A stretch of DNA of 64,000 nucleotides from the human T2T-CHM13v2.0 reference genome, Homo sapiens. The position numbers and the translations under genes are program-made. Positions 41,701 to 57,075 of the stretch are shown here, piece after piece. The stretch is taken from assembly GCF_009914755.1 (NCBI RefSeq), contig NC_060932.1, one strand, 5' to 3'. The stretch's first letter is position 1, and each line of letters opens with the position of its first letter. The notes under the pieces are model-generated. The model did no database searches. It saw nothing but the letters and a program-made list of their open reading frames with translations, and was not told the DNA's origin.

Positions 41701-42383
41701 AAGAGTCACAAACCAAAATCATCCCTGAAAGCACTCTGAGTACTGGGCAGACAATACTCCCAATTCCCTAAACAGAATCCTCGAGACACACAGCTTTTAG
41801 ATCCCACAAAATGATTTTTCTTTTTCTTTTTTTTTTTTCTTCATTTTTCTTTTTAGAGACAGCTCTGAACACAGAATGATTTCATAATCAGGGACATTTT
41901 TGAGACAGGAGACTTCATGGTTCCAGGCTTTGAGTGAGGTGGAGAACTCCTAAAGGACCCACCCAGGAGATGACACTGCCTGAACAGATAACTGTCCCTG
42001 TCGCCTCCCACTCCACTCTACAGCGACACCCCTTCCACAGCAGTCAGCTGTTTTCCAGGTACAAGAGACACCTCACCACCCTGGCCAGTTTACAGACCAG
42101 CTTTCGAGCCCAGAAATTTCCCTGTAGGAAATTTGTAAGGACCACTGGCTCATGGGGAGGAAATAAATCAATAAAAGGAAAAAAAAATGAATAATACTGT
42201 TTTTTTAAAGAGAGAATGGAATCATCCTTTTCTTAAGAAGACAGAAAGCCAAGGCATTATATTTAAATAAAAAATTTAAATAATTGAATGATTTTAAAAG
42301 AATTCATCTTATTAAAAGGTAGAGACCGGAAAAAAAATGAGAGTAAGAGAGAGGGCAAGAGAAAGGAAGAAAGAAGAGACAGG

Positions 42384-42686
42384 AGCTGGGCACAGTGGTG
42401 CGCCAGTAGTCCAACTACCTGGGAGGCCAAGGTGGAAGCATCACTTGAGGCCAGGGATTCAAGACCAGCTTGGGCAACATAGTGAGACCCCCCTCACCCC
42501 TACCTGACTGGTAAAAAATGAAAAAAATTAGTTGGGCATGGTGGCTCGTGCCTGTAGTCCCAGCTACTCAGGAGGCTAAGGAGAGAGGATCACTTGAGCC
42601 CATGAGTTTGAGGTTACACTGAGCTATAATCACCCACTGTACTCCAGCCTGGGTGATACAGCAAGACCCTGTCTCTAAAAAAAAGA
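42384..42686 (+). mobile_element. AluJ
   Basis: Diverged sense Alu ~215 nt from the exon 3 donor. Confidence 0.88.
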
Positions 42687-42902
42687 AGAGCGAGGAAGAA
42701 ATAACAGGGTTTCAAGGAACTCCGCCCTGATAAGTCTTTTTAGTTTCATGACACAAGCAGAGCAGGTTACTTGTGAGCTCCTCCAGGCCAGTACCCAGGA
42801 AGCTCCAGGAAGATGACGTTGGCCAGGGCTGGTGGGCTATGGCTCCCAGCTGGTCCTGGAACATGTGGCCCTGTCACTGAATCCAGACGCTGAGCTCCTT
42901 AC

Positions 42903-43133
42903 CATGAGAAAAGAAACGTCGTCCTCCTTCATCTCCATCTGCAGCCGCTCGATCTCATGTGCCAGCACCTCCGTCTCCTCTGTGAGCTGCTTCATCTTCT
43001 CGTCGGCCAGAAGTTGCTTCTGCCTTGTCTCCTCGGCCATGGCATCCAGAATGGCCTGCTCCTCCACTCTCAAGAACTCGCGAAGCTTATCAAACTCCTG
43101 CCGGATCCGGCCTTCCAGCCATGCAGCCTCCAC
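42903..43133 (-). CDS. TRIM35: TRIM35 coding exon 3 (231 nt, coiled coil, phase 0-0)
   Basis: Acceptor TAG|GTG, donor ATG|GTAAGG; encodes VEAAWLEGRIRQEFDKLREFLRVEEQAILDAMAEE...EDDVSFLM (77 aa). Confidence 0.96.
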
Positions 43134-43641
43134 CTACGGAAGACAGCAGGAGGAGTCAGGGGTCAGATGTGGAGAGGACATCCATAGCCCAGCAACTTTC
43201 CCATTTTTAGCAAAGGAAATTTATGTTCAAATAAATCATGTATAGAACCCCTACAGATAAAATATCAACATAATAGTTTATAAGCACAAATTTCTAAGTT
43301 CCGATTTCAAATGGGAAAGTCCAACAACCTAATATTAGATTGTTTTGACAGGGTTTTTAAAAATAAAATCACAGCTTATATAGATGGCAACTGTAGTACT
43401 ATAACCTCATCTACATACAATGTTCAGTTCCTTCTTTAGGTTGCACCATAACAAGGGAAGTCCTGAATCATAGAAATGAATGGCTGCGAATAGCAATGAT
43501 TTTTTTTTAAGTATTTACCTTCCAATCTTAGGACTTAAAATTTGTCTGATCCAGAGGCTTTACCAAAAGAGCAGTAGGAAGCATTCATTTTAAAACAATC
43601 ATTAAAATAATATACACACTCCAAATCACAACCACAAAAAG

Positions 43642-43946
43642 TTTGTTTTTTTTTTTCTTTTTGAGACTAAGTCTCGCTCTTTCACCTAGGCTGGAGTGCA
43701 GTGGTGTGATCTTGGCTCACTGCAACCTCTGCCTCCTGGGTTCAAGCAATTTTCCCTGCCTCAGCCTCCCGAGTAGCTGGGACTACAGGCACACGCCACC
43801 ACGCCCAGCTAATTTTTGTATTTTTTAGTAGAGATGGGGTTTTGCCACGTTGGTCAGGCTGGTCTCAAACTCCTGACTTAAGGTGATCTGCCCGCCTCGG
43901 CCTCCCAAAGTGCTGGGATTACAAGCGTGAGCCACTGTGCCCAGCC
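43642..43946 (-). mobile_element. AluS
   Basis: Antisense Alu with CACAAAAAGTTT flanking duplication, ~510 nt from the exon 3 acceptor. Confidence 0.92.
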
Positions 43947-44246
43947 TCACAAAAAGTTTTTTAAAAGGGAAGATAAAACCATAAATGTAATGAAAGAAAA
44001 AGCAAATAAATATTTCTCAGCTTGGAATAAGAAAGACATTCCTCGGCACAGTATGAAACTGAGAAGCCTTGAAGAAAGAATGAGATAACTGAATACACAG
44101 AAAAATAAGAGGTGTGTATGGCAAGAGACTATCATAAAGTTAAAGACAAAAATACAATTCCATGACAACTGTTGGAAAAACCATTCAAAATGTGTGCTGT
44201 GGCAATGGCAGGTTAGTAAACTCATCTTTGGACTGAAAGTTAAATA

Positions 44247-44596
44247 CAGATGCTCCTCAAGTTATGATGGGGTTACATCCCAATAAACCCATCATAAGTT
44301 GAAAAATAGTTAAGTCAAAGCAATGAATACACCTAACCTACTAAAAACATCATAGGTTAGCCTAGCCTACCTTAAACGTGCCCAGGACACTCACATTAGC
44401 CTACACTTGGGCAGAATCATCCAACACAAAGCCTATGTCATAATAAAGCACTGAGTGTCTCATGTAATTTATTGAATACTGTACTGAAGGGGAAAAACAG
44501 AATGGTTGTATGGGTACTCAAAGTACAGTTTCTACTGAATGCATATTGCTTTCGTACCACAGTAAAGTCAAAAAATCATAAGCCAGGGACTGTGTG
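44247..44596. mobile_element. Tigger4-like DNA transposon MITE
   Basis: CAGATGCTCCTC..TTATGATGGGGTTACATCCCAATAAACCCATC terminus with TA flanks. Confidence 0.7.
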
Positions 44597-44976
44597 TATG
44601 TTTACAGCTCTGAAAATATACGAAAAGGATTCACTGAAAAAATGAAAATGGCCAAAAAAATTGAGAATGATCCACTCAAAAAGAAATGACAAACTAGGAA
44701 ATATATTTGCAACATTTATGACAAATGGCTATTATTATTAATGTACAAAGCACTCTTACAAATCCACTAAGAGAAAAGACAAATATTCCAAGGGAAAAAA
44801 AGAATGTGAATTAGCATTCACAGAAGAAGCATAAATGACTATTATGCTTGTGAAAAGATGTACAAACTTACCAATAATCAAAGAAATGCAAATGAGGACA
44901 AACAGCATGGTTAACCTATCAGGCTGAAAAGACTGATAATGTCTGCATTGGAGAGAGTAGAATCCAGGGTGATTCT

Positions 44977-45148
44977 CTTTTTTTTTTTTTTTTTTTACAT
45001 TTAAGTTCCAGGATACATGTGCAGGACATGCAGGTTTGTTACATAGGTAAATGTGCGCCATGGTGGTCTGCTGCACCTGTCAACCCATCACCTAGGCATT
45101 AAGCCCCGCATGCATTAGCTATTTATCCTGATGCTCTCCCTCTCCCCA
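44977..45148 (-). mobile_element. Short L1PA 3' end
   Basis: T-tract followed by antisense L1PA 3' UTR. Confidence 0.8.
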
Positions 45149-46289
45149 GTAATTCTTATCACACAAAAACATCAAGAACACAGCATGGCAGGAAAAACCA
45201 GCAAGTGCAAGGTCAACTCCTGCCCACTCACCGTGGGCAATGACGGCCTCACTGTAAAGGAACAAACACCAGAACTTTCACTTTCCTCATCGACCTGATA
45301 ACTGAATTTAATAGAAAAAGTACTAATCAGGCTGGAATTCTAGGGGCTTCCCATGTGACCTCATTACCCTTAGCCTCAGCAAAAAGCTCAGGACTCCTAC
45401 ACTCCCTGGGATGGGCAGGCAGTGCCACCACACAGACAGACAGATACTCCCTAAGTATCCCCAACCCAGTCCTGTACAAGGCAAGCCAGTCATATGGCTT
45501 TAGCCACAGAAGGAAACCAAGTAAGAGAACAATGATAAAGCTACATGACTCCACGATGACTACTGGAAAAACAACTCAACAAACTCCAGCAACAGCAGGT
45601 TCGTAATCGCTATTTGGAGTTGGAATTTCAACATGTATTTATGGCTCTGACATCGGATGACAAAATAATCTACTGAACAAAGTGAAAACTCTCTCCCACC
45701 AGTTTGTTGGTCTATTAGACATCAGAAATGTTAAGGACTTGTCTCTGTTGGGCACTTGTATGCATTATCTTATCTAAATTTTTTTTTAAAAACCCTAGTA
45801 AAAGGGAATTGCCCTCTTTTTACAGAGGAGGGGATTAGCTTGGAGGGGGTTGAGGGATTTGCTGGGGAACTGGGCTTAGATTTGGAAATAGGTCTGCTTT
45901 GCGGTTACTGCCCTGGCACCCAGTGTGTCACATAATCCTTTCTTCCACACTGTTCCACCAGCTCTGTGGCTCAGGGTAAACTCCACAGCCAGATGTTAAT
46001 GAGGCTCTTTCCTGGGACTAATCCTCACCTATGGACACATGGTGGAGGGGACCGCAGGCTCCTGAGGACAGCGCCCAGCAACCTGGACCAGGCATGGCTC
46101 AGCTGTGGCTAAGATGAGTCTAACAGAGTGGTAATTACTAGAAGCAACCACTTCAGAAAGCCAAAGACCAGAGCCAAGATCAACAGTCAGAAACAAGGTT
46201 GCCAATCCACACAGGACCTGGAGGAAGAGAGGGTGCCAGGCAGAACAACCAGAATGGGGACAGAGGGAGCCCACTCATTCATTTGATTA

Positions 46290-47000
46290 ACAGTTATTGG
46301 TCACCTACCCACTTCACTCATTCAATCAACAATTTTTATTGGTCACCTATTGTGTGCCAAGAACTCCTCTAGATAACTGGCAATAGTGTGCCCTGTTTTC
46401 ATTATATTTTGACAGGAAGGGATAAAAAGCAAATAGAAAACAAAAGGTAATTACAGGTAATGAAGTGTCATTAAGAAAATAAACCAGGAAATTATGCCAT
46501 CGAGTAAAAGAGGAGGATGATCAGGAAAAGCTTCTTTAAGAGAACATCTGAGCTGAGATTTTAATGGCAAAGATGCTGGGCATGTGTTCTGGGGAGAAGA
46601 CTTAGTTTGCTTAAGGGACAGAAAGAAGGTGAGGCAGAGAAGTAAATGAGGTTGAGGATAGGCAGGGTCAGGAGATGGCCTTGGAGGCCATGGTAAGGAA
46701 TCTGGGTGGTACTGAGGGTGACTGGAAGCCACTGGCAGTTTTAAGCAGAGGAGGGGCACGGCTGGTGTTTTTTTCTAAACGATCACCCCAGTCCATGGAA
46801 AGGAGAATGCACAAGAATGAAAGCATGAGGCCCTAGGCAGGAGGCCCAGTGAGAGATGATGATGACCTGGACCAAAAGGTGGAGGGTTTTACAGAAATAA
46901 CATACTTTGGAGATAGGGGAATAGGATTGCTGATGGAGTGGATGTGGGAACTGAAAGAAAACAAGAAAGTACATGAGTCCCAGGTCATCATTGAACACAC
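46290..47000 (+). mobile_element. L2-like fragment (orientation and ends uncertain)
   Basis: CATTCATT-type end and typical L2 body sequence. Confidence 0.55.
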
Positions 47001-47286
47001 AGGTGGCAGTGATATGATGCATGTGCCATAGTGCAGATGGTGTTGGTAGCTTTTTAAGTCACTCCTGTGGCTGCTGGCATGACCACGCCTGGGTCTTTAG
47101 AGGGGCCAAGGCAGAGAAGCCACAGTCAGCATCCAGGACGTGGCTGCACAGGACCATCAGAGGTAAGGCAGCCGACCTCTACCCAGCGGGTTATGTGAGC
47201 CAAAGCCACGGCTGACACATCTTCACTCCTCCCCAGACTGCCCTGAGTGGACCCAATCTTCCCACTTGGCCCCATCGTTCGCTCAC

Positions 47287-47382
47287 CTGATTGTGCTTGG
47301 CGATGGCCTCATAGGAGCGCCGCATGGCCCAGAAGGCCTTGGCCTTCTCCCGCAGTGCATGCTCCATGTTCCTGCACTTGGC
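47287..47382 (-). CDS. TRIM35: TRIM35 coding exon 2 (96 nt, start of coiled coil)
   Basis: Acceptor CAG|GCC, donor CAG|GTGAGC; encodes AKCRNMEHALREKAKAFWAMRRSYEAIAKHNQ in frame with exon 1. A 96-nt exon is typical of TRIM-PRY/SPRY genes. Confidence 0.95.
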
Positions 47383-48404
47383 CTGACATGGGAATGAGAG
47401 AGAGGGAGGAAGACAGGTTAGGGCTGGAGGCTGGGCAGAGAGGGCAGACACATCACATTTACAACTGGGACTCCACTTCAACACAAGTGTAACTCAACTG
47501 CATTTGCCTAACCCCATCCATGCCAAGTGCTCTGGGCACAAATGGTAAGTAAGGTCCTGATCCTGAATCAGACATCCATGGGATAAAGAGCCCTCAGACA
47601 TCCTGTAGCCCAGCCTGGTACAGACTGGGAGATGGGGCTGAGAAGAAGCAAGCTGCTCTCTCTCATGTTGGTCACAGCACAGGCCAGAAGAGTGTCCCAT
47701 GTGGGCCAAAAGCTGGTTCATGCTGGGTCTGAATCCCTGAGCTGTGTGGACAACTGCAGACAGTGTGGTCATAGGTTCCCTCTGCAGTTTCCTAAACTGA
47801 ATGGGTCTGCAATCTCTAATGTGAGGTGACTGACAATGGGGGTGGAGCCAGTCATTTCCCACGGGGTTCAGTTACCTCCCATGAGGCCTCACCTCAACAT
47901 GCCCAACATGCCCCTCCATACCCCTCCTGCATCCTGACATTCTAACACTGCTTGTATCGCACGGAATACTTTAATCAGCAGGCACAAATACTTTTGGTTT
48001 AGTAGTTTTTGTTTCTTAAACTTTAATGATTGTTTCTGATGTCCTTGGACAACTTGAAGAACCACTAGAGTGTTTTAGGTTGGATTCCTGCCTCTTGTAT
48101 CTTAGGCCTATCATTTTTTCTCCCTCATTATCCTTTTCGATCTACATTCTCAGAAAGCTTCTCAAGTTTTTTCTTAAGAAAAATAATTCAAATAATTATA
48201 AATGGTTATCATTTATTCAGTACTTACTCTGTGCCAGGGACAACACCAATTACTTGAGAAATTATGTCATTTAATCATTACTTCTCCCTAGTAGATAAGT
48301 AATATTATTGGCCCCATTTATAGATGAGAAAGTGAGGCACAGAAGGGAAATGACCAGCCCAAGGGCACACAGCTAGTATGTGGAAGGACGTGAACCTGGA
48401 CAGC

Positions 48405-49409
48405 TATGGAGGCAGCTGCTGAGACAGCACCCAGTGATCCCTCCCTCCTGTGAGATGAGAGTGTTTTAAGCTGCTAAATGTCGGGGTGACTGGATATGCA
48501 GCAATAAATTATACAGATGTGTCGCCCAAAGCCTCATTCCCATCTGGACCTGATTTAGATGACAAATCTGGACTTTGGGCTGATGCTGTAAAGGGATGAG
48601 ATGTTTGGAGAGCTTGGGAGAGGGCCAGTGCATTTTGCATGTGGGAGGGACATGACTCCTTATGGGGCAAAGGACAGATTCAGGCAGGCAGCCTCTAAAG
48701 TGGCCCCAGTGACCCTCACCTCCTGATACTCATGCTCTTGTGAAATCCCCTCCTCTGTGGGTGACTTGTTTCTAACCAAAAGAATGTGGCAAGTGATACT
48801 AAGTCACCTCTGAGGTTAGGCGACAAAGGCTGTGTACACCCTGCCTTCCTCTCTCTAGCTTGCTCACTGGGATGGTAGCCAGCTGCCCATGTGGTAATTT
48901 GCCCTGGGAGTGACTGCTGGGGCAAGAAACTGAGAGTGGCTTCTGACCTACAGCCAGTGAGGGACTCAGGCTCTCAGGCTAACAGCCCGTGAAGACCTGA
49001 ATCCTGCCAACAACTACAAATGTGAGTGTAAATAAGGATCCTGCCCTAGCTGAGCCTTCAGATGAGACCACAGCTCCATACCTACAGCCCCTCATGACAG
49101 ACCTTGAGGCAGAGGCACCCAGAGCTAAGGCAGGCCCAATTCCTGACCCACAGAAACTCAAAGATAATAAATGTTTGTTTTAAGGCACTAAGTTTTGGGC
49201 AATTTGCTAGGAAATAGAGAACTAGCCCATTGGTTAGAACTAGCCCACAGAACCCTGACTGCAGCCCCTCATGAGACACCTTGAGGCAGAGGCACCCAGA
49301 GCTAAGGCAGGCCCAATTCCTGACCCAAAGAAACTCAAAGATAATTAATGTTTGTTTTAAGGCACTAAGTTTTGGGGCAATTTGCTAGGAAATAGAGAAC
49401 TAGCCCATT
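48405..49409 (+). mobile_element. MLT1-type LTR with a duplicated 3' end
   Basis: MLT1 motifs; direct repeat at 49085-49231 and 49262-49409. Confidence 0.7.
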
Positions 49410-50149
49410 TGTCCCACTCAGTAGCCCATTCCTTTAAGTCTTTCACTACAGAAAACAAAATGGTTACTGATTTCATTTTCTGCAGTTCTGTTTTATTTTC
49501 AACTCATTTTGATCTTTTAATCTTAAGTGACAATATTTAAGATTTTTAAACTTTGTTTTCTGTAGTATATCATCTCTAATTTGCATGAGTGCCCCCACAA
49601 AACCACTGAAATGTCATTCCAATGTTTTATTTTATAGAATGAGATTTTTGATACAAAATCATGTAATACAGTTCAAAAGGAAAATTTAGTGATTTGCCAA
49701 ATTAGTTAAGTGACAGGAGTGAAGCAGCTGTCCATACGCATTACCCAAAGGTGTGCAGGCCCCAAAACAACACAGTTCAGCCCCTGCCCTTCAACCCTGG
49801 CCCTTAGGAATTTATGGGACAATAAGGATGGGAAGGGGATAGTCCCTTGATCTTCTCAAACTTTTCAATCACTTGGAGAGTTCTGGTTTCCTTCAGAAAA
49901 GACCAATCCTAAAATGGCCCTTCTCTGAGATGTCAGCTGATGAGACTAACCAACAATTATATTACTATTGCTAGCAAGCAGTTACTATTAAGCATGTACT
50001 AGACACAAGGCACTAAATTATGCACTTTACAAACATTCTATTTAATTCAATTATTTAATTCGAATTCTCCCTATAAGGTTAAGCACTGTGAGTCCCATTA
50101 TACAGAGGATCAAGTTAGACCCAGAGGAGGTAACCTTCTTGTACATGTC

Positions 50150-52250
<2,101 letters not shown>

Positions 52251-52497
52251 AAGAAGTGTGAATTTGAATGCATCTAAACAATATTATTTTGTTTGCTTTT
52301 GGTATTAATTTTAACCCTAAATATGCTTAGATTACAAATAGAACTACCACTCAAGGGGCCTGCCTGTAGCCCAAGGAGCACATGAATGAGCAGAGATGGG
52401 CAGTAGCAGGGGCCCACAACAGATCTGGAGCATCCCCCAGCCCAAGCTCAGGAGAGCAAACAAGCTTCGATGTTAGCATCACATTATAACATTAAGA

Positions 52498-52913
<416 letters not shown>

Positions 52914-54656
52914 TGACAAGTTGATTCCTTAAGCAACAAATTTCAATTGCATATTGAAGATCTTAAGCACTTTACAAAATCACGTTACCCACAATTTTCA
53001 TTAACAGGACAGGTGCTCTGTGGTATAGCTGGAAGCAGGAAGGTAGGGGCAAGGGAAAGAATGAATTTCATTGCACAAGGTCTTCATAGCCTCTTTGCAA
53101 GGACTTACCAAAGTGCTAGAGTTGCATGTGAAACCAGCTCTGTCTGGCCTGAGCCAGGTTTTCTGTCTTGTGAGACTTGATACACACTGTTGCTCTGCCT
53201 GGTTCCCACCTGCTTCCCCCAACTAACCCAACATCACCTTGAAAACTCGGCTCTAGTACCCCTCATTTCCTCCAGGAAGCCCCCCGATCTTGCCAGCTCA
53301 GGTTCCATTCCAGGGCATCACAGCACCCTGGCCACCTCTGTCTCAGCACTCACTATCCAGGGTAATAGCTTCTCTTTCCTGAGGGCAGGTCTTAACCTCC
53401 AGGTCCTCTCTACCTTGCATAGTGGTGCTCGGTACACTTCTGCAGAAGGAATGCTTGCTCTGCAAGGTGAGAGACTTTGTTTTGTCCCCTGCATGTCCAA
53501 GTCCCTGCACAAAGTAGATGTTCAGTTAACCACCTGCCCAGTCAATGAGTACATGGAATGCCTGTGTTTTTTCTGCTATATACCTTGCCTCCTGGACTGA
53601 AGGTTAGGAGAGCTGGTTTGGAGCCTTGTCTTTGTCACTATCCACTGGTGAGTTGGTAAAAAGTTCCTTCTCTCTTCGGCTATCAGGCTCCTCACCTTAA
53701 AAATGAAAGCAGAGAAGTCTCTACAGTCTCCCAAATTTCACGATTTGTTTTCAGGCAGATTGATGTAGCAGCCAAGAGTTCTGGCACCTGGCCGACCAGG
53801 TTCAAATCCCAGCACCTCTACCTAGTAGCAGGTGATCTTGAACATGTTCCTTCACTTCTCTGCACCTCCATTTCCTCATCTGGATAAGAGGGATAAAAAA
53901 TACTACCAAGCTCAAAGGACTGCTGTGAGGACTCCACAAATCAATCCCTATAAGATGCTTACATGAGAGTGGCAGGCACATGCTGTGCATTCGGCATAGC
54001 TCTTAAGTGCCACCTACATGCCAGGTAACCTAACTGTCCTGCTGGATATGGTCCAGGTTTCTTAAATGAACAGTAAAAATGCATGGAGCTTTCTTATGCA
54101 ACTCCAAATCAGTCTCCCAGATCTGTCTTTCCCCTTTGTGTTCAGACCTCCTTCCAAAGCAAGTGTCTGCCATGCAGCCCACTGCTGGAGGCCATCACTC
54201 AGGAGCCTCAGTGTGCAGGGTCTAGTGAGACACCCCCCACTCCCAATACCACTGGGCACAGGCCTGGACAAGCAAGCAAGCAACAATGTCCTCTGGTGCA
54301 ACCAAAGAGCTGGTAAGTCCTCACCTAGAAGCTGGGGATCAGGATGGGGGTGAGTGGTTAGGAAATGGGGAAAAGCATTGGAAGGGGGAAGACCTGGAAT
54401 GTGGCTTAAGAGGTATCGAGAGTACCCTTGGGTTAGATCCAGCCAGATGGACTCTAAGATGTTGACGCCAGAAGGGGAGAGAGGGCTGGAGCTGGGACAG
54501 GGAGAGGCTGGTGGCAAAGAATGGTCATCATGCCAGTCCTGCAAGATGGATAAGACAAGGGTCTGCACAAGGCAGCTCAGCACAGGGCTGCTGTAGAAGA
54601 TGCAAGCTGGAGAGTGCTGGACTGGGAGGCAGGAAACCTGAGTTCTGATCCTAGAA

Positions 54657-54930
54657 CTTTATTTATTTATTTATGTAAGATACAGGGTCTCACACTGTTG
54701 CCCAGGCTGGATGCAGTGGCCCAGTCATAGCTCACTGCACCCTCGAATGCCTGGCCTCAAGCAATCCTCCCATCTCAGCCCCTCGAGTAGCTGGGACTAC
54801 AGGTATGTGCCACCACACCCGGCTAATTTTTTTCTTCTTTGGTGCAGGATCTTGAACTACTGGCCTCAAGCAATCCTCCTGCCTCAGCCTCCCCAAGCAC
54901 TGGGATTACAGGCATGAAACACACTGGCCT
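54657..54930 (-). mobile_element. AluJ
   Basis: Diverged antisense Alu. Confidence 0.85.
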
Positions 54931-55085
54931 TGATCCACTTCTCATTACTTAGATGTAACCACCTCCTCACAAGATGTAACCATTCCATCACAATAGAATG
55001 ACGCACGGTCTGTGTCTGAGGATGTTTTCATTTAATGGCAACCTAAACCAAACCTAAGACAATCCTACTCCAAGCCACGACATAA

Positions 55086-55446
<361 letters not shown>

Positions 55447-56656
55447 ACCATTCATATTTTCTTAACAGCTTACTTGATATCAAGACATGACTTTCATCGT
55501 CTTGTCCTGATAAGGAAAGAAGAGAAATACACATAGCAGGTAAAGAATGTGCCGGACCCAAATGAAGGCCAATCCCGTAACAAGAAAGCTCCAGAGCTCT
55601 TCAGAGAAATTTGGGCGGATTAAGTAGTCACTTGGAACAGAGTAATGGGAGAATCAGAAGTATCTTGGCCAGGAGTAGAGATTTTGTTCCAGCAAAATAA
55701 AACTTTAGAATTAATATTTTAAGTGGAATGTTATTGATTATAGTTTTGTATTCAGTCTGTTCACTTCCTTTTGTTTTATTGCTTATATGTAGCATGAGCA
55801 AGTGCTATTTATACCAGGTTTGCATTTGTATGCATGTAAATAATAACATAATTTAACTCTCACTGGCTAGACTATTTTTTCCTTTAAGAAGAATGCATAC
55901 TTGTTCAAGTTTGAGAAACGCCAGACTAGGATTTCTGAAGGTCCTTCCAAGCACTGTTCCTTGCTACAGCTCTGCTGTAAACATGATGCCAGGCTCCCAA
56001 ATCTCATCAGTCCTTCCATCATGCGCCACTGCACCTACGATAAAAATCCCAGCTCCTAAGCAGGGCCCTCTGTGTCCTGTGGGATCTGTCCTGCAGTTCC
56101 TCATCCCCACGTGAACCATCTCTCAGTCACTGCACACCCCCACGCTGTGCCCCGCCGCCACACCCCCGCCACACACACACACTGCTCGCCGCCCCTCAAT
56201 CAGCTCCTCTCAGCGAAATCACTTCCTTGGAGACTCCTTCCCACACCCCACCAAACAAGAGCAGCCTCCCCCTTACAATCTCCCACCACATCCTGTACTG
56301 TCCTTCACAGGAATGTTGAGCTGAAACTATGTAATTATTAGTGAGATGATACAACCATGCCCACAAAGGCAAGGTCTAGGACTGTCCGGTCCTGTCCTGG
56401 ACACAGTACTGGCACACAACCAGTACCTTCTGCCAGCCCTGACAATGGTCAACAGCCACTCCAACCCCTAACACACAGTCAGCTGCCCGCTGAAGTCTGA
56501 GATGAGAGAAACCTCTCTCAAAGTCCAGGACCAGTGTGTGAACTGAACAAGGCTCCAGGTGATCTTTAGAGCTACTTGCTCTGTGACTTTGGACAAGTTT
56601 CTTACCCTCTCTATGATTCTATAATTGTCTATAAAATGGGGATAATAGCACCTAAC

Positions 56657-57075
56657 TGTAGCAAGCTGAATAATTATTTCCCCGAAAAGATGTCCCCATT
56701 CTAATCCCCAGAATCTTGTATGGCAAAAGGGACTGTGCAGATGATTAAATTAAGGATCTTGCTGTGGGGAGGTTATCCTGGATTACCTGGGTGGGCCCAA
56801 TGTCATCACAGGGTCCTTATGAGAGGGAGGTAGTAGAACTGGTCAAAGAAGTCAAAGTGACAACAGATGCAGAACGGAATGACACACTTCAGAGCTGGAA
56901 GAAGGGGCCTCTGCAAGCTGGAGAAGGCAAGGAAATAAATTCTCCCTGGAGCCTCCAAAAGGAATGTAGCCCTGCAGACACCTCGATTTTAGGACTTCCA
57001 ACCTCCAGAACCATAAGAGAACAAACTTGTGCTATTTTAAACCACCACATTTATTACGCAGTAACAGGAAACACA
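56657..57075 (+). mobile_element. MLT1-type MaLR LTR
   Basis: ATGGCAAAAGGGACT..GCAGATG..ATTAAGGATCTTG...CCTCCAGAAC motifs. Confidence 0.75.
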
